A DNA stretch of 64,000 nt from Candidatus Thorarchaeota archaeon (GTDB taxonomy: Archaea; Asgardarchaeota; Thorarchaeia; Thorarchaeales; Thorarchaeaceae). The stretch lies in assembly GCA_011364905.1 (NCBI GenBank), contig RDNZ01000002.1, forward strand, positions 37,994-101,993. Direction: 5' to 3'. The position numbers and the translations under genes were made by a program. A model generated the notes under the pieces. That model saw only the letters and a program-made list of their open reading frames with translations, had not been told where the DNA came from and ran no database searches. Within the stretch, counting starts at the first letter, position 1, and each line of letters starts with the position of its first letter. Of the stretch, positions 1-10,292 are shown in pieces.

Positions 1-1361
1 CGAACAAGAAATGATTTAGTAGTCCCGCCCCGCTTCAATGTTATCACTGATACCGATTGGGTCACATCATCGAAGAGTCGTGAGTTTTCCGAGAATTCGT
101 CAATACCCAGAAGGCGATTTTCTGCGAGTATTGACTTCCTCAAGGCGCGTGATGAGAGGTCTCCCAGAATTGTGGATGGTACGACGAATCCAATTGTGCC
201 ATTCAGTGCAATCAACTGAAGCGCTCGTTCAATGAATAGCCGATGAGTGTCAATCGTATACTTATTACCAAACTGATACTCACCCGAATCCCTGAAGTAA
301 CTGACATCCTCACGTAGTCGTTCCCTATGCTTTGAGAAGCTGTCCAAATGAATGTCTCGATCTCCTGTGAGAAGATGTTCTCTCAAGAATTCAGCCAAGT
401 TGGGTTTCAGTCGCTCGTACGGAGGATTCATCAAAATGAAGTCAAATCCACCATTGTCCAAGATTTCACCGAACTCGCCATGCCACTCGAAAGGGATTCG
501 AGAACCAGCATCGGAAAAGAACTTCGTGTGGTCAGCTTCTCCGCTAAGTCCTTTGAGAGAGATGATGGAGTTGCCTTGTTTTAGTGATCGACCCAGCCGT
601 GAAACATCAAGATTACCGGGGGAAGTCTGAGCGAGTAGACGAAGTGAGATATCAGTTACCTCTAATGCTCCAGAATCAATGTCAACACCAAACATATTCT
701 GGCGAAGGGCTTGTGAAAAATCCATTATACCAGCGTTTCTCAATTGGCGACGAGATGCACCGTTTTCAATGGCATTCTTGATTCCAGTTTTCATCGCATT
801 CAAAAATACTCGCATTGCAGAAACAAGAAACACCCCTGTTCCACAAGCGGGATCAAGAACTTTTAGTGAGAGCATTTTTTGTAATGAAGAGAGACCCTTC
901 CTTGAGGCACTTGACGCTAGTCCATTAAGAGTCGGTTCTAGGGTCTGCGATACAATATAGTCTGCAAGCTGTGGCGGAGTTGAAAATGCTCCAAGCGGTT
1001 TTCGCAAGGTACCCCTGTTATAAATTCGAGGAAGCGAGTAGCATCCATACGAGTATATCAATCCAAGGAGCCTGACTAAGTCATCCGTATCAAGTCCCTT
1101 GGGACTCGGAAGAGTGACTGTTTCTAATGCTTCTTGTGAAAGCTTAGAAACACGGTTCTGACTAACCTGTGATTTCTCAGCCTCATATGAAAGATGAGAA
1201 AATGAGTATTCATTATCTCGTTGAAACGAGGACAAAACATGGGTCAAACTGGCTAGTCTGATTGCTTCTGACATTTCCAAAGGGCTTTCTGTGTATCCCT
1301 TGAGATGCTGATGGAATCCATTCAGTACCGCCTCTGCAATCTCATTCAGCCCATGACTCAC
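1..1361 (-). CDS. N6-adenine DNA methyltransferase (TaqI/Eco57I-like, gamma motif order), partial; runs off the window start
   Basis: Not in the ORF track because there is no stop in the window. Manual translation from GTG at 1361 is open to base 1 and contains motif X (GAFSTPP), motif I (VLDPACGTGVFL), FGVDID and motif IV (FDFILMNPPY). Confidence 0.9.
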   Translation of the reverse strand, partial: MSHGLNEIAEAVLNGFHQHLKGYTESPLEMSEAIRLASLTHVLSSFQRDNEYSFSHLSYEAEKSQVSQNRVSKLSQEALETVTLPSPKGLDTDDLVRLLGLIYSYGCYSLPRIYNRGTLRKPLGAFSTPPQLADYIVSQTLEPTLNGLASSASRKGLSSLQKMLSLKVLDPACGTGVFLVSAMRVFLNAMKTGIKNAIENGASRRQLRNAGIMDFSQALRQNMFGVDIDSGALEVTDISLRLLAQTSPGNLDVSRLGRSLKQGNSIISLKGLSGEADHTKFFSDAGSRIPFEWHGEFGEILDNGGFDFILMNPPYERLKPNLAEFLREHLLTGDRDIHLDSFSKHRERLREDVSYFRDSGEYQFGNKYTIDTHRLFIERALQLIALNGTIGFVVPSTILGDLSSRALRKSILAENRLLGIDEFSENSRLFDDVTQSVSVITLKRGGTTKSFLV

Positions 1362-1417
1362 TACAACATCCTCGACTTACGAAAGCGAGTGTCTCACAAA
1401 GGTGTTTTGCTTGATTC

Positions 1418-1795
1418 TTATTTTGCGTTTGCATCGCTCTGCATAATTCCCCAAAGGTTCCCTTCGGTATCCTTGAAGTATGCGAGATAGCCAACTCCAG
1501 GAATGACAGACTTGGGTCTGACAATCAATCCACCATTCTCTTCTATTTGCTTCACCGTTTCATCAATCGATGATACATCTATGGTGTTTACCACGGCATC
1601 GTCCTCACTCTGGCGAATACCGAAAGCACCATCTATTCCAGATTCTTTCTCATCTCCGGTCGTCAAGAACCAATAGTCCGTTGGCCCATCCCATTTTTGG
1701 ACCTTCCAACCAAAGACTGTCTTGTAGAAGTTCGATATTCGATCTGCATCGTCCGCAACAATTTCAAAATGCACTACTCTTCCCATAGGAATCAA
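1418..1795 (-). CDS. VOC family (glyoxalase/bleomycin resistance) protein
   Basis: VVHFEI...FY..VFGW; GIDGA; IPGVGYLAYFKDTEGNLWGI signature. Confidence 0.9.
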   Translation of the reverse strand: MIPMGRVVHFEIVADDADRISNFYKTVFGWKVQKWDGPTDYWFLTTGDEKESGIDGAFGIRQSEDDAVVNTIDVSSIDETVKQIEENGGLIVRPKSVIPGVGYLAYFKDTEGNLWGIMQSDANAK

Positions 1796-1880
1796 CCACA
1801 GAAGATGTTAACTATAGTGAATATTAGTGTTCTGCTTTGAGCGTGCGAGTTTTTTAGGCGGTTGCCCAATCTCATGAAGT

Positions 1881-2636
1881 ATGGTTTCGGAGAGCGAGAT
1901 TGCTGAGCTTGAACTCTTAACATCGCATTACTGGCCAGCTAGAGAGATTGTTACCTACAAGGGGTGGGTGATTCAGTGGAATGATGGTATCACATGGAGG
2001 GCTAATAGCGTACTACCAAATGAATGGGAAGGCACGGTTGAAGTTGAGAAAGTGGTCGATTATGTTATTGAAATGTACAAGGAAAAAAACACCCAGCCAG
2101 CTTTCAAGATGTCACCAGCGAGCCAACCTCTGGGGCTCGACGAGCTACTTGAAAAAAAAGCGTTTGCCAAGAGAATGGTCACTCACGTACAAACTGTGGC
2201 TATTCAAGAGCTGTCCTGTTTGGATCCGCATCTACCAGTCGACCTCTTTAAAGTTAACAGCGAGTCCCTGAATGTACTAATGCACCAATCAGAGCGAGAG
2301 AGAGAAGAGATTGAAGGAAGAAAGGGAATAATCAATCGTATTGAAGGAGCCAAAAACATCGCACGAGTTATGATGCACGGAAAAATCGCAGGTGTGGGAC
2401 TTGGTGTTGTCCAAAAGGACTGGTTGGGCTTGTTCTCTATAAGGACAATGCCGGAGTTTAGAAGGCGAGGAGTGGCTTGGTCAGTAAACTGTGCACTAGC
2501 AAATTGGGGAGAAGACCTAGGTGCAAACAGAGCATTCCTTCAGGTGGAAGCTGAAAACAGACCCGCTTTGAATCTGTACAAAACAATGGGATTCGAAACA
2601 CTCTATACATATTGGTATAGAATCCTTGAAATCTAA
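1881..2636 (+). CDS. GNAT family N-acetyltransferase
   Basis: C-terminal motif A (RTMPEFRRRGVA) and FLQVEAEN..ALNLYKTMGF. Confidence 0.88.
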   Translation: MVSESEIAELELLTSHYWPAREIVTYKGWVIQWNDGITWRANSVLPNEWEGTVEVEKVVDYVIEMYKEKNTQPAFKMSPASQPLGLDELLEKKAFAKRMVTHVQTVAIQELSCLDPHLPVDLFKVNSESLNVLMHQSEREREEIEGRKGIINRIEGAKNIARVMMHGKIAGVGLGVVQKDWLGLFSIRTMPEFRRRGVAWSVNCALANWGEDLGANRAFLQVEAENRPALNLYKTMGFETLYTYWYRILEI

Positions 2637-2714
2637 TGTATTTCAGCATGGCGCTACTCATGGAATCCCCCTTGAAAGTGAGTGAGGTGCAATATCTGTT
2701 TCATGCAATAGAGG

Positions 2715-4595
2715 TCAAATTGTGTCTAGGTCTCTTAGACCTGCAGACTGGAGTTTGGAGTCCACGCTGGCAAGTCCAAGCGTCGTGAGGGTTTCAGAAG
2801 TAGGTACGCCGTTTTCATCCCATCCCACCGCTTGATAATACTCTGTCCGTGTCCTCTCAAAGGTCTCTCGATCCAGTGTCTTTCCCTCGAACGGTCCTGA
2901 GGGCATTGGCTCCCAGAATCGAGGCGGATTGTCATCGTCTATTTTAGGTCTCCAGAAGACATCAGGTCCACCGAGTAACAACATCGCACGCTGTATCTGA
3001 AGGATTCTTAGGGCCTTGTCATGATACCAGTCATCTGCAGACAGGTTTAGTCCTGTTATTGTCGTATAGAAACGAAATATCTCCTCATTGTCAACGCTCT
3101 TTGCAAATGTGCAGTAGACTGCTGAATCATGCAGAATCGAGGCCAACTCACCACCTTCAAGTGGTGGATAGCGTGCTTGTGATCCATGGTCTCCTCCCTG
3201 AGTCGAACAGGCATACCCGATGAGATGCGAGATAAAGTCCTTCTCACTTCTAATGCCGTGACCTCCGATGGCCATTCCCTTTTCCTGCACAACATACCTC
3301 ATGAGGTCTAATCCCTTCATCTCTCCAATTCTCTTTGCAGCCCTATAGACTCCTTGCGCAAGAATATCTCCAATCCCTTTCCGATTGACTACAAGTTCCA
3401 TCAGAGCCTCAAATGCTTCTGCATCGCCCCATTCAAGCTTGATTCCTTCGAGATCCTCTTCACTGAGTATCTCTCTCTGATACAACTCTGCTGCAAGTCC
3501 GAGAACCGCTCCTCCCTGGATTCCGCAGAGACCGCTTTCGTTTACGAGGCTTGCGAGATGAATGTTTGTTTCCGGATCAAAGACACCCAGATTTGTTCCA
3601 TCGTATGACTGTAATTCGTAGTCCGGATTGTCACAGATGTCTCCTGCATACTTGCCATCCTTGAGGACAGCCAGCTTTAAGCATGTCACAGGGCAGCCGA
3701 AGTCACCCCAGTACTTCTTTGCCCAGAATTTGTCAAACTCGTCCCCGCTGTATTCCTCGATGTCATGCCATTCTTCTTGCCAGTTCCTAATTGGTTCTGA
3801 ACTCGTACCTGCTCCAAAGTAGTAACCTCCGTTTCCGGTACCCCATCGTCTGAAGGTTTCTCTCTCATAGGCTGGTTCGGACATGGTATTGTACATGGAA
3901 GCCATCGCCTCTGAATCATGCACCTCCGGAAGAGGTCCAAAGCCCTTTGCTACAACAGCCTTCAGATTCTTGGACCCCATCACGCCACCGTAACCCCCAT
4001 AGCCTGCGGCATGAGCATACTTAGAGAGAACAACAGCGACTCTGGTTGAATGTTCTCCTGCAGGACCGATATAGAGCATTGAGGGCTCTTTTATTTCGCC
4101 ATAGTCTACATGACTCACTTTTATTTCATCATTTGATTTCTTTGTGAGATATCGGACGGTTTCTCTACCCTGTTTGCCCCAGATTGGTGACGCATCCTTA
4201 ATCTCCACATGTTCATCAAACACGGTAATGTAGGAGGGTCTCTCTGCCATTCCTGAGATTATCAGACCATCAAAGCCCGCACACTTTAGATCCACTCCAA
4301 ACTCACCAGCGAGAGTCGAACCTACGAGGCCATTGCACTGTGGAGACTTGCCTGTAACGCAGCTCTTTGTTCCAGGGAAGTAGCCTGTAAGTGGTCCTGT
4401 CAGCATCATCAGGATGTTTTCAGGCCCAAGAGGATCTACGCTTTCCCATTTCTTTCCTAATCTGTCCCACAGTATCTTTGCAGCTAGTCCACGACCGCCC
4501 ACAAAATCGCTAAGGATTTTATCTGAGAGTTTTGTTTCTTCAATCTCTTCGGATGTGAGATCGATGTCCAAGAACTTGCCTGCGTAGCCTTTCAT
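2715..4595 (-). CDS. Tungsten-dependent aldehyde:ferredoxin oxidoreductase (AOR) family protein
   Basis: MKGYAGKFLDIDLT N-terminus, GGRGLA, DPLGPEN, IGPAGE, GGVMGSKNLKAV, GCPVTC. Start taken at ATG 4595, which overlaps the upstream stop (ATGA). Confidence 0.92.
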   Translation of the reverse strand: MKGYAGKFLDIDLTSEEIEETKLSDKILSDFVGGRGLAAKILWDRLGKKWESVDPLGPENILMMLTGPLTGYFPGTKSCVTGKSPQCNGLVGSTLAGEFGVDLKCAGFDGLIISGMAERPSYITVFDEHVEIKDASPIWGKQGRETVRYLTKKSNDEIKVSHVDYGEIKEPSMLYIGPAGEHSTRVAVVLSKYAHAAGYGGYGGVMGSKNLKAVVAKGFGPLPEVHDSEAMASMYNTMSEPAYERETFRRWGTGNGGYYFGAGTSSEPIRNWQEEWHDIEEYSGDEFDKFWAKKYWGDFGCPVTCLKLAVLKDGKYAGDICDNPDYELQSYDGTNLGVFDPETNIHLASLVNESGLCGIQGGAVLGLAAELYQREILSEEDLEGIKLEWGDAEAFEALMELVVNRKGIGDILAQGVYRAAKRIGEMKGLDLMRYVVQEKGMAIGGHGIRSEKDFISHLIGYACSTQGGDHGSQARYPPLEGGELASILHDSAVYCTFAKSVDNEEIFRFYTTITGLNLSADDWYHDKALRILQIQRAMLLLGGPDVFWRPKIDDDNPPRFWEPMPSGPFEGKTLDRETFERTRTEYYQAVGWDENGVPTSETLTTLGLASVDSKLQSAGLRDLDTI

Positions 4596-5119
4596 TGGTC
4601 CCACACCTCTCTCAAAGTCTTCTCTCCAAGTATAGTGCCACCTGTTGTCCGCGTCAAGGACTGAGGAGTTTCTGGCAATGGCTTTTTGATTCCATCTTCA
4701 CCAAGAGAGAGAGCATTCCAATTTCCCTCTTGGCACACTCTTACACACTCCGGATCTCCACCGCACAGGTCGCAAATCACAACATGACCTTCACTAGGAT
4801 GCATATGCGGGATTCGACCAGGACAAGCATCGATGCAGATGCCACATGCAGTACATAGTGACTCATCCACTCTGATGCCGCCAATCTGTTCGTCAACTGA
4901 AATGGCACCCTCGGGGCATGCTTCAACACACTCAGGATTGTCACACTGGAAACACAGATGGGGAATCTCGATACCTGGGATTAGCATGAATACCCGCACT
5001 CGCGATGCCTCAGGCCAGATTTGTTTTTCATGGAATAATGAGCATGCCACTTCACATCTTCTGCATCCGCTGCACAATTCATAAACCCGATTAATCCAGA
5101 CGTTGCGGTTTTGGCTCAT
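4592..5119 (-). CDS. 4Fe-4S dicluster ferredoxin-like subunit (AOR partner)
   Basis: Multiple CxxCxxCxxxC / CP motifs (CSGCRRCEVAC, CFQCDNPECVEACP, CTACGICIDACP, CDLCGGDPECVRVC); translationally coupled to the AOR gene. Confidence 0.92.
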   Translation of the reverse strand: MSQNRNVWINRVYELCSGCRRCEVACSLFHEKQIWPEASRVRVFMLIPGIEIPHLCFQCDNPECVEACPEGAISVDEQIGGIRVDESLCTACGICIDACPGRIPHMHPSEGHVVICDLCGGDPECVRVCQEGNWNALSLGEDGIKKPLPETPQSLTRTTGGTILGEKTLREVWDQ

Positions 5120-5386
5120 ACACATTCCGTTCCTGTGCATTGTATAGATTCAACGTTACTTGCTTTGCCTATTCGGTTTTCGGTATCGCAGAATACTAGA
5201 TTCGTTATTGCATGCCAGTTGTCATCAACAATCAAATGGCCGTGCATGATTCCGCCGACTGCATGACTCTACAGACAATCATCAACAGAAATCCCAATAT
5301 TTCCTCCAAAAAAGTAAACGATGCCTCTTTGCGTAAGTAGAATTAGTCATATGGTGGTAATATTGAGCTCACAGAGGTTTTGACAA

Positions 5387-6811
5387 ATGTTAGATGAATT
5401 GCAGAAATGCGTCCGCATAGGCGAAGATCTCGGTGCAGATTTCGTCGAGGCAAGATATGATGATCTCACCTTGAGAGCCTTGCAACGAGTCAACGATATC
5501 TGGCAAGATATTCAGGTTAAGTCCCGGATGGGTTTTGGAATCAATGTGTATGTGGATGGTGTTTCGGGATTCTCATTCACAGCCAGTAAAGAGATGAGCG
5601 ATGTCCGTGTGGCGGTTGAAAAAGCATACAAATTGGCCAAAGCATCATCAAAGTCAGCCAAATTCAAGCTGCCTTTTGATGAAGCCCCGGCTGTGACCAG
5701 CAAGAAGTCTGACACACCAACAGTCAAAACTCACCCTCGCGATAGAGAGTTAGATTACAAGATTGACCTCGTCAATCGTGCAATAGAGTCCGCAAGAGAT
5801 GCGGGTGAGAATATTAGAACTGTTCGTGGTCTGTGGGGAGAATTGTATGGACCAAAGATGTTAGCAAACAGTGATGGAACCAATGTCAATTGGGAGTTCC
5901 TTGTATCAGACCTGCGAATACTCGTGAATTCCAAAACTGATGCAGGTGCCCTAGTTGTTGGTGCAGAAAGCCATGGTGGTACGTTTGGTCTGGAAGAATA
6001 TGAGAAAGATGAGTATACCCCTGAAAAGATGGGAGAAACAGCTGGACTAAATGCAAAGGAACAGCTCAAAGCGAAAGCATGCCCAGCTGGAAAATTCCGC
6101 GCGCTGGCTGAAGAAACCTTGGTTGGAGTTCTTGCTCATGAGTCTTTTGGCCACCTTAGTGAAGCGGATTTTGTAGTCACTGGTGGTTCTCCACTAACTG
6201 ACAAGATTGGTCATACTCTTGGTTCAGAGCATGCGTCGATTGTTGATGGTGGTATCCCTGATATCAAAAAACATGGTGGACTCTGGTTACCTTATGACGA
6301 TCAGGGAATAGCAACTAGGCAAACTACTGTGTTGGATAAAGGAGTGCTTCAACATTATCTACACAACCGAGGTACAGCAAAGAAGCTGCAGCAGCAACCA
6401 ACAGGAAATGCAAGAGCGGTAAGTTTTGTGTTTCCACCAATTCCACGTATGACAAACACGTATTTCCTACCTGGAGACCTAACCAAAGAAGAGGCAATTG
6501 AACAGCTTGGAACCGGAATCTATGCCATCCAAACATCAGGTGGCCAAGTCGAAGACGATGGTAGTTTTGTGTTCATTGCAGTCCGAGGTTACTGGGTGGA
6601 AAATGGTGAAATTCAGTATCCGATTCGCGAAGTGGCTCTATCTGGAAATATCCTGGATTTGCTGTCCAAGGTAGAAGGAGGTACTAAAAACTTGAAACTG
6701 ATATCAGGCTATTTTGGGGGATGCGGAAAGGGTGACCAACAACGTCTGCCCGTTGGAATGGGAGGGCCAGAGTTGCTCATTAATGAAGTCACATTTGGAG
6801 GCAAAGCATAG
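5387..6811 (+). CDS. tldD: TldD family metalloprotease
   Basis: HExxxH zinc motif (LAHESFGHLSEAD), YDDQG, GNARA, PIPRMTNTY, GCGKGDQ; adjacent to a PmbA partner. Confidence 0.9.
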   Translation: MLDELQKCVRIGEDLGADFVEARYDDLTLRALQRVNDIWQDIQVKSRMGFGINVYVDGVSGFSFTASKEMSDVRVAVEKAYKLAKASSKSAKFKLPFDEAPAVTSKKSDTPTVKTHPRDRELDYKIDLVNRAIESARDAGENIRTVRGLWGELYGPKMLANSDGTNVNWEFLVSDLRILVNSKTDAGALVVGAESHGGTFGLEEYEKDEYTPEKMGETAGLNAKEQLKAKACPAGKFRALAEETLVGVLAHESFGHLSEADFVVTGGSPLTDKIGHTLGSEHASIVDGGIPDIKKHGGLWLPYDDQGIATRQTTVLDKGVLQHYLHNRGTAKKLQQQPTGNARAVSFVFPPIPRMTNTYFLPGDLTKEEAIEQLGTGIYAIQTSGGQVEDDGSFVFIAVRGYWVENGEIQYPIREVALSGNILDLLSKVEGGTKNLKLISGYFGGCGKGDQQRLPVGMGGPELLINEVTFGGKA

Positions 6812-6830
6812 ACCAAGGAGGTGAAGGATT

Positions 6831-8225
6831 ATGGAGTTTGAGAATCTGAAAGATGAACTGCTCTCTGTCGTGGACACTGGACTCAAATATGTAAAAACGC
6901 TAGATGCGGCTGCTGAGTTTGAGATCTTTGTTTACTATCAGAATAATAACATAGCAAGAATAGCCCAGGGGATTATTACGGCTAAAGATGGTGCAACCGC
7001 AGGAACTGCAGTTCGAGCTGCCAAAGGAAAAAGTATTGGTTTTGCGGTGGCTAGTGGTGTTTCCATTGAGAGAATAAAACTTGCAGGAAGAGAGGCATTG
7101 GCAATTATCAATGGTGTCAGTGTGCAAGATGAGAGATTTCAGGGATTTCCTGACCCTAAAGGTTCGGGAAAAGAAGGAGCATTTCCAGAAGAAGTACTCA
7201 CCCTTGAAACGGAGGACATGATCAAATCCTGCGAGGAGCAAATCAAGGAGGCGAGGGCAGTGGATGAAAGAGTCAAAGTGGTTACGGCAGAAGCCTTTGC
7301 ATCTTGGAAAGGGTACGCTGTTGGAAACACCAGAGGAATTCTGCAGGCAACGAGAAGTGGTGAAAGTCGCTGCCAAACAGAAGTGCAAGCAATCGAGAAT
7401 GAAGAGAGGAGAGGTTCATTTCAATTCGACATTTCTAGAGAACGATTGTTCAATCCGGAGGGAGTTGGAAAGAAAGCGGCTGAAGCAGCCGTGAGTCTTT
7501 TGGGAGCGAAGAAACTCGACTTAACAAGTAGGATGCCGACAATTTGGACACCTGTACCAGCAGGTTTGTTCATACTCTCAAGTCTTGGCTATTCAGTAAC
7601 CGGTGATTTCGTTGTTGATGGTAGATCTCCTCTTTGCGATAAAATTGGTGACACAATTGCTGCTAAGAATTTCTCGCTTAGGGACAACGGTCAAAGTAAG
7701 GCGGGCCTTGGTACAGAGTCTATCGATGCTGAAGGTCTTCCTCAAAGCGACAATATTGTGATCCAAAAGGGGATTCTGAGGAATTATCTTTTTGACAATT
7801 ACTTTGGTAAAGCATACGGTCTTGAGTCAACCGGAAACTGCTCGCGTGGCGCAGACATTTTCCCATCGTCAACGCCGTATGAATCAAAACCTACTGTTTA
7901 CACAAAGTGGTTGGAAGTGGCCTCTGGAAAGAGGAACGAAGAAGACATCATTGCTTCAATCGATGAAAAAGCGATTCTCATCAGAGACTTTCCGATGGGG
8001 ATTATTCATTCCAATATATCGACAGGTGAGTTTTCCTGCGTTGCAGGTTCCGCCTACCTCGTTGAGCATGGAGAGTTAAAAGGATCAGTCCAACCAGTCT
8101 CAGTCGCAGGAGATTACTACGAAGGTTACAGGAATCTCAGAGAAGTAGGAAACAATAACCAGTTTCTAAGATTTGGGATTGATGTCCCAACACTGCTCTT
8201 TGATGACTTCTCCGTCGTAGGGTAG
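6831..8225 (+). CDS. pmbA: PmbA/TldE family protein
   Basis: TldD/PmbA fold motifs (DAEG, GILRNYLFD, STGN, HSNISTGEFS) without HExxxH; follows tldD. Confidence 0.85.
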   Translation: MEFENLKDELLSVVDTGLKYVKTLDAAAEFEIFVYYQNNNIARIAQGIITAKDGATAGTAVRAAKGKSIGFAVASGVSIERIKLAGREALAIINGVSVQDERFQGFPDPKGSGKEGAFPEEVLTLETEDMIKSCEEQIKEARAVDERVKVVTAEAFASWKGYAVGNTRGILQATRSGESRCQTEVQAIENEERRGSFQFDISRERLFNPEGVGKKAAEAAVSLLGAKKLDLTSRMPTIWTPVPAGLFILSSLGYSVTGDFVVDGRSPLCDKIGDTIAAKNFSLRDNGQSKAGLGTESIDAEGLPQSDNIVIQKGILRNYLFDNYFGKAYGLESTGNCSRGADIFPSSTPYESKPTVYTKWLEVASGKRNEEDIIASIDEKAILIRDFPMGIIHSNISTGEFSCVAGSAYLVEHGELKGSVQPVSVAGDYYEGYRNLREVGNNNQFLRFGIDVPTLLFDDFSVVG

Positions 8226-8333
8226 GGAAGGTATGGCTGGAGATTTGGGAAGGCATTTCCAGCTCCTCTTTTCCCATAGATAGCGCTGAACCTATTCCTA
8301 ATATAGTAAGAATAGGACCATGTTTCGATTGCC

Positions 8334-9416
8334 ATGAATTGGAGATTCATCCTAGTCACGACCATTTTGGTATTCTCTTTTGCCTCCTCAAATCCAGTGC
8401 GAGTGGCAGCATTGGATGTTCCCGACACATCAGACGTTAGCGTTCTGATTCTAGTAGGAAACTACTTCGGATGGAACTATTTCGATGCAAAAGAGTGTCT
8501 TGAGTCATGGGGAGTCAATGTTACAACCGTTGCATATTCACTGGACTATGAAGTCAACTCATGCCTTAATCGAGAACCTAGACCGATAACGGTAGATTTG
8601 TTATTGTCTGAGATGACACCTGAAATTCTCATTCAATTCGACTGCCTTCTAGTTACATCAGGGGGACAATGGCTCGCACTCACTCAGAGTGAAGATGTAT
8701 TGGATTTCATCTCAGATGCATTTGACCTAGGTCTAGTGGTCGCCTCAATCTGTACCGGCACACGAGTAGTTGCAGAGGCGAACAATATTGTAAACGGGAG
8801 CAGAGTAACCTATTACTCACTCAGTGATCCACAAATGACAGCAGCTGGAGCAATCACTATCCTAGGAGCCGAGGCGGTTGCGGATGGTTCGATGATAACT
8901 GGCGGGAGAGGAGGTGGGACCGGAGGTGGTGGGTGGTTAGAAGCTCCGACCTCAGAAGTTTGCGCAGAAATTGTGCGGAATGTTCTTGGAATGTCAAGAG
9001 TGAATGAAGTTTCAGTGACTCCCTCAAGCGGACCCGTTGGAACGAACTTCACGATTCTGGCATCGATAGGCAATTTGAATGAATCTTTGGGAGAAATACT
9101 ATCAACAGACATCAACAAGGTGATAGCGCAGATCTATGTTTTTGATAACAGGACTTTGTTAGACACCATAGAACTCAGTGATGATGACTTCGATGGAAAT
9201 TACACGGGCAGTTTTGTAGGCTTTCAAAACGGCCAATATAGGGTTGACATTGAGGTCGAAGATTCAAATGAAACAATTGAAGTCGCTAGGGAGCTCGGTA
9301 CATTTGAGATTGAAACTGAAACTATTGAACCCCTGGACATTGTTGTAATTTCTGCTGTGAGTGTAGGGAGCGTTATTATTGCTCTGCTAGTGATTGCGCT
9401 ATTCAGAAAGAAGTGA
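8334..9416 (+). CDS. Secreted, C-terminally anchored DJ-1/PfpI family protein
   Basis: Signal-peptide-like N-terminus, LLVTSGG, VASICTGT nucleophile elbow, DGSMITG; C-terminal hydrophobic helix followed by RKK. Confidence 0.8.
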   Translation: MNWRFILVTTILVFSFASSNPVRVAALDVPDTSDVSVLILVGNYFGWNYFDAKECLESWGVNVTTVAYSLDYEVNSCLNREPRPITVDLLLSEMTPEILIQFDCLLVTSGGQWLALTQSEDVLDFISDAFDLGLVVASICTGTRVVAEANNIVNGSRVTYYSLSDPQMTAAGAITILGAEAVADGSMITGGRGGGTGGGGWLEAPTSEVCAEIVRNVLGMSRVNEVSVTPSSGPVGTNFTILASIGNLNESLGEILSTDINKVIAQIYVFDNRTLLDTIELSDDDFDGNYTGSFVGFQNGQYRVDIEVEDSNETIEVARELGTFEIETETIEPLDIVVISAVSVGSVIIALLVIALFRKK

Positions 9417-9428
9417 TGTATTAAACTA

Positions 9429-10202
9429 CTACTGAGCTTTCAGATAGTACGCGTCCCAGTAATCAGGTTCCACATACCCAAGTTTAAGAGCGAGATGTAA
9501 CGATGCTTGATTCTCCGCATCCCAATGAGGAGTTATCCCGTGCTCGAGGGCATAGACGAGAAGAGCGGCGGACGCAACAGTGGCAAGTCCCTTTCTGCGG
9601 TGTTGTTCATCAAAGGTGTCGATCTCCACTTCAAACATATCTGTAAAGGGGGTATATGTTGATGCTATTGAAACAACCTTGCCTTTAAATTTGATACAAA
9701 ATGCCAGACCCATTTTGTAGAAATCCTCGGAACTGCCAAAAAAATTGAGAATGTACATTGACTTGCGCTTGTCGAGTTTCTTAATGGTTTCAAGATCCAT
9801 GCTTTCCAGTGTGTAACCCGGTGGCAACTGCGATTTTAAGTGCTTCAGATGATTAATATCTAGTAACTTAGGAGAGAGCTTTATTCGTTGTAGGACACCG
9901 AGTCGCTCACCCCATTCCTCCTTGATAATTTGAGCCCAACTGGAATCAGGTGTAAATACAGCTTGCATTGGTTCAATAGAGCGGATGATTTCTTTTGCAT
10001 CAGGACTCGAACTGTCGCCAGCGACTGCGTTAATCGGTGCTAAATGAAGGCATGCAACGGTTGGTGTTTCCAATGAGTTTGAAACCACAGTACCTCGGCC
10101 TTGATCAAGAGCCGGAAAAATGATGGCTCGCGCTCTCCTATAAGTTTCAAAAAGAGGACGAACAATCGCATGGTTCTCTTTAGGCAGCTCAATTATCATC
10201 AA
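9429..10202 (-). CDS. GNAT family acetyltransferase
   Basis: EVEIDT..QHRRKGLAT; PHWDAENQASLHLALKLGY. Confidence 0.85.
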   Translation of the reverse strand: MMIIELPKENHAIVRPLFETYRRARAIIFPALDQGRGTVVSNSLETPTVACLHLAPINAVAGDSSSPDAKEIIRSIEPMQAVFTPDSSWAQIIKEEWGERLGVLQRIKLSPKLLDINHLKHLKSQLPPGYTLESMDLETIKKLDKRKSMYILNFFGSSEDFYKMGLAFCIKFKGKVVSIASTYTPFTDMFEVEIDTFDEQHRRKGLATVASAALLVYALEHGITPHWDAENQASLHLALKLGYVEPDYWDAYYLKAQ

Positions 10203-10292
10203 CAGTGACCTTCGACTGGATGTAGCTAGGCCTGCGAATTAACTTTACCAATCACGTAAAGTCTGCATTATGAAACATTATCGTTCTATTCA

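Noticed and set aside
38-960. Plus-strand short ORFs at the window start, and the many other 60-180 aa ORFs antisense to or nested in called genes
   Set aside because: Shadow frames of well-supported genes, with no motifs of their own.
5209-5287. Three TGCATG and two TCATCAACA repeats in the AOR/tldD divergent region
   Set aside because: Short words with irregular context; no convincing palindrome or RNA fold could be built by eye.
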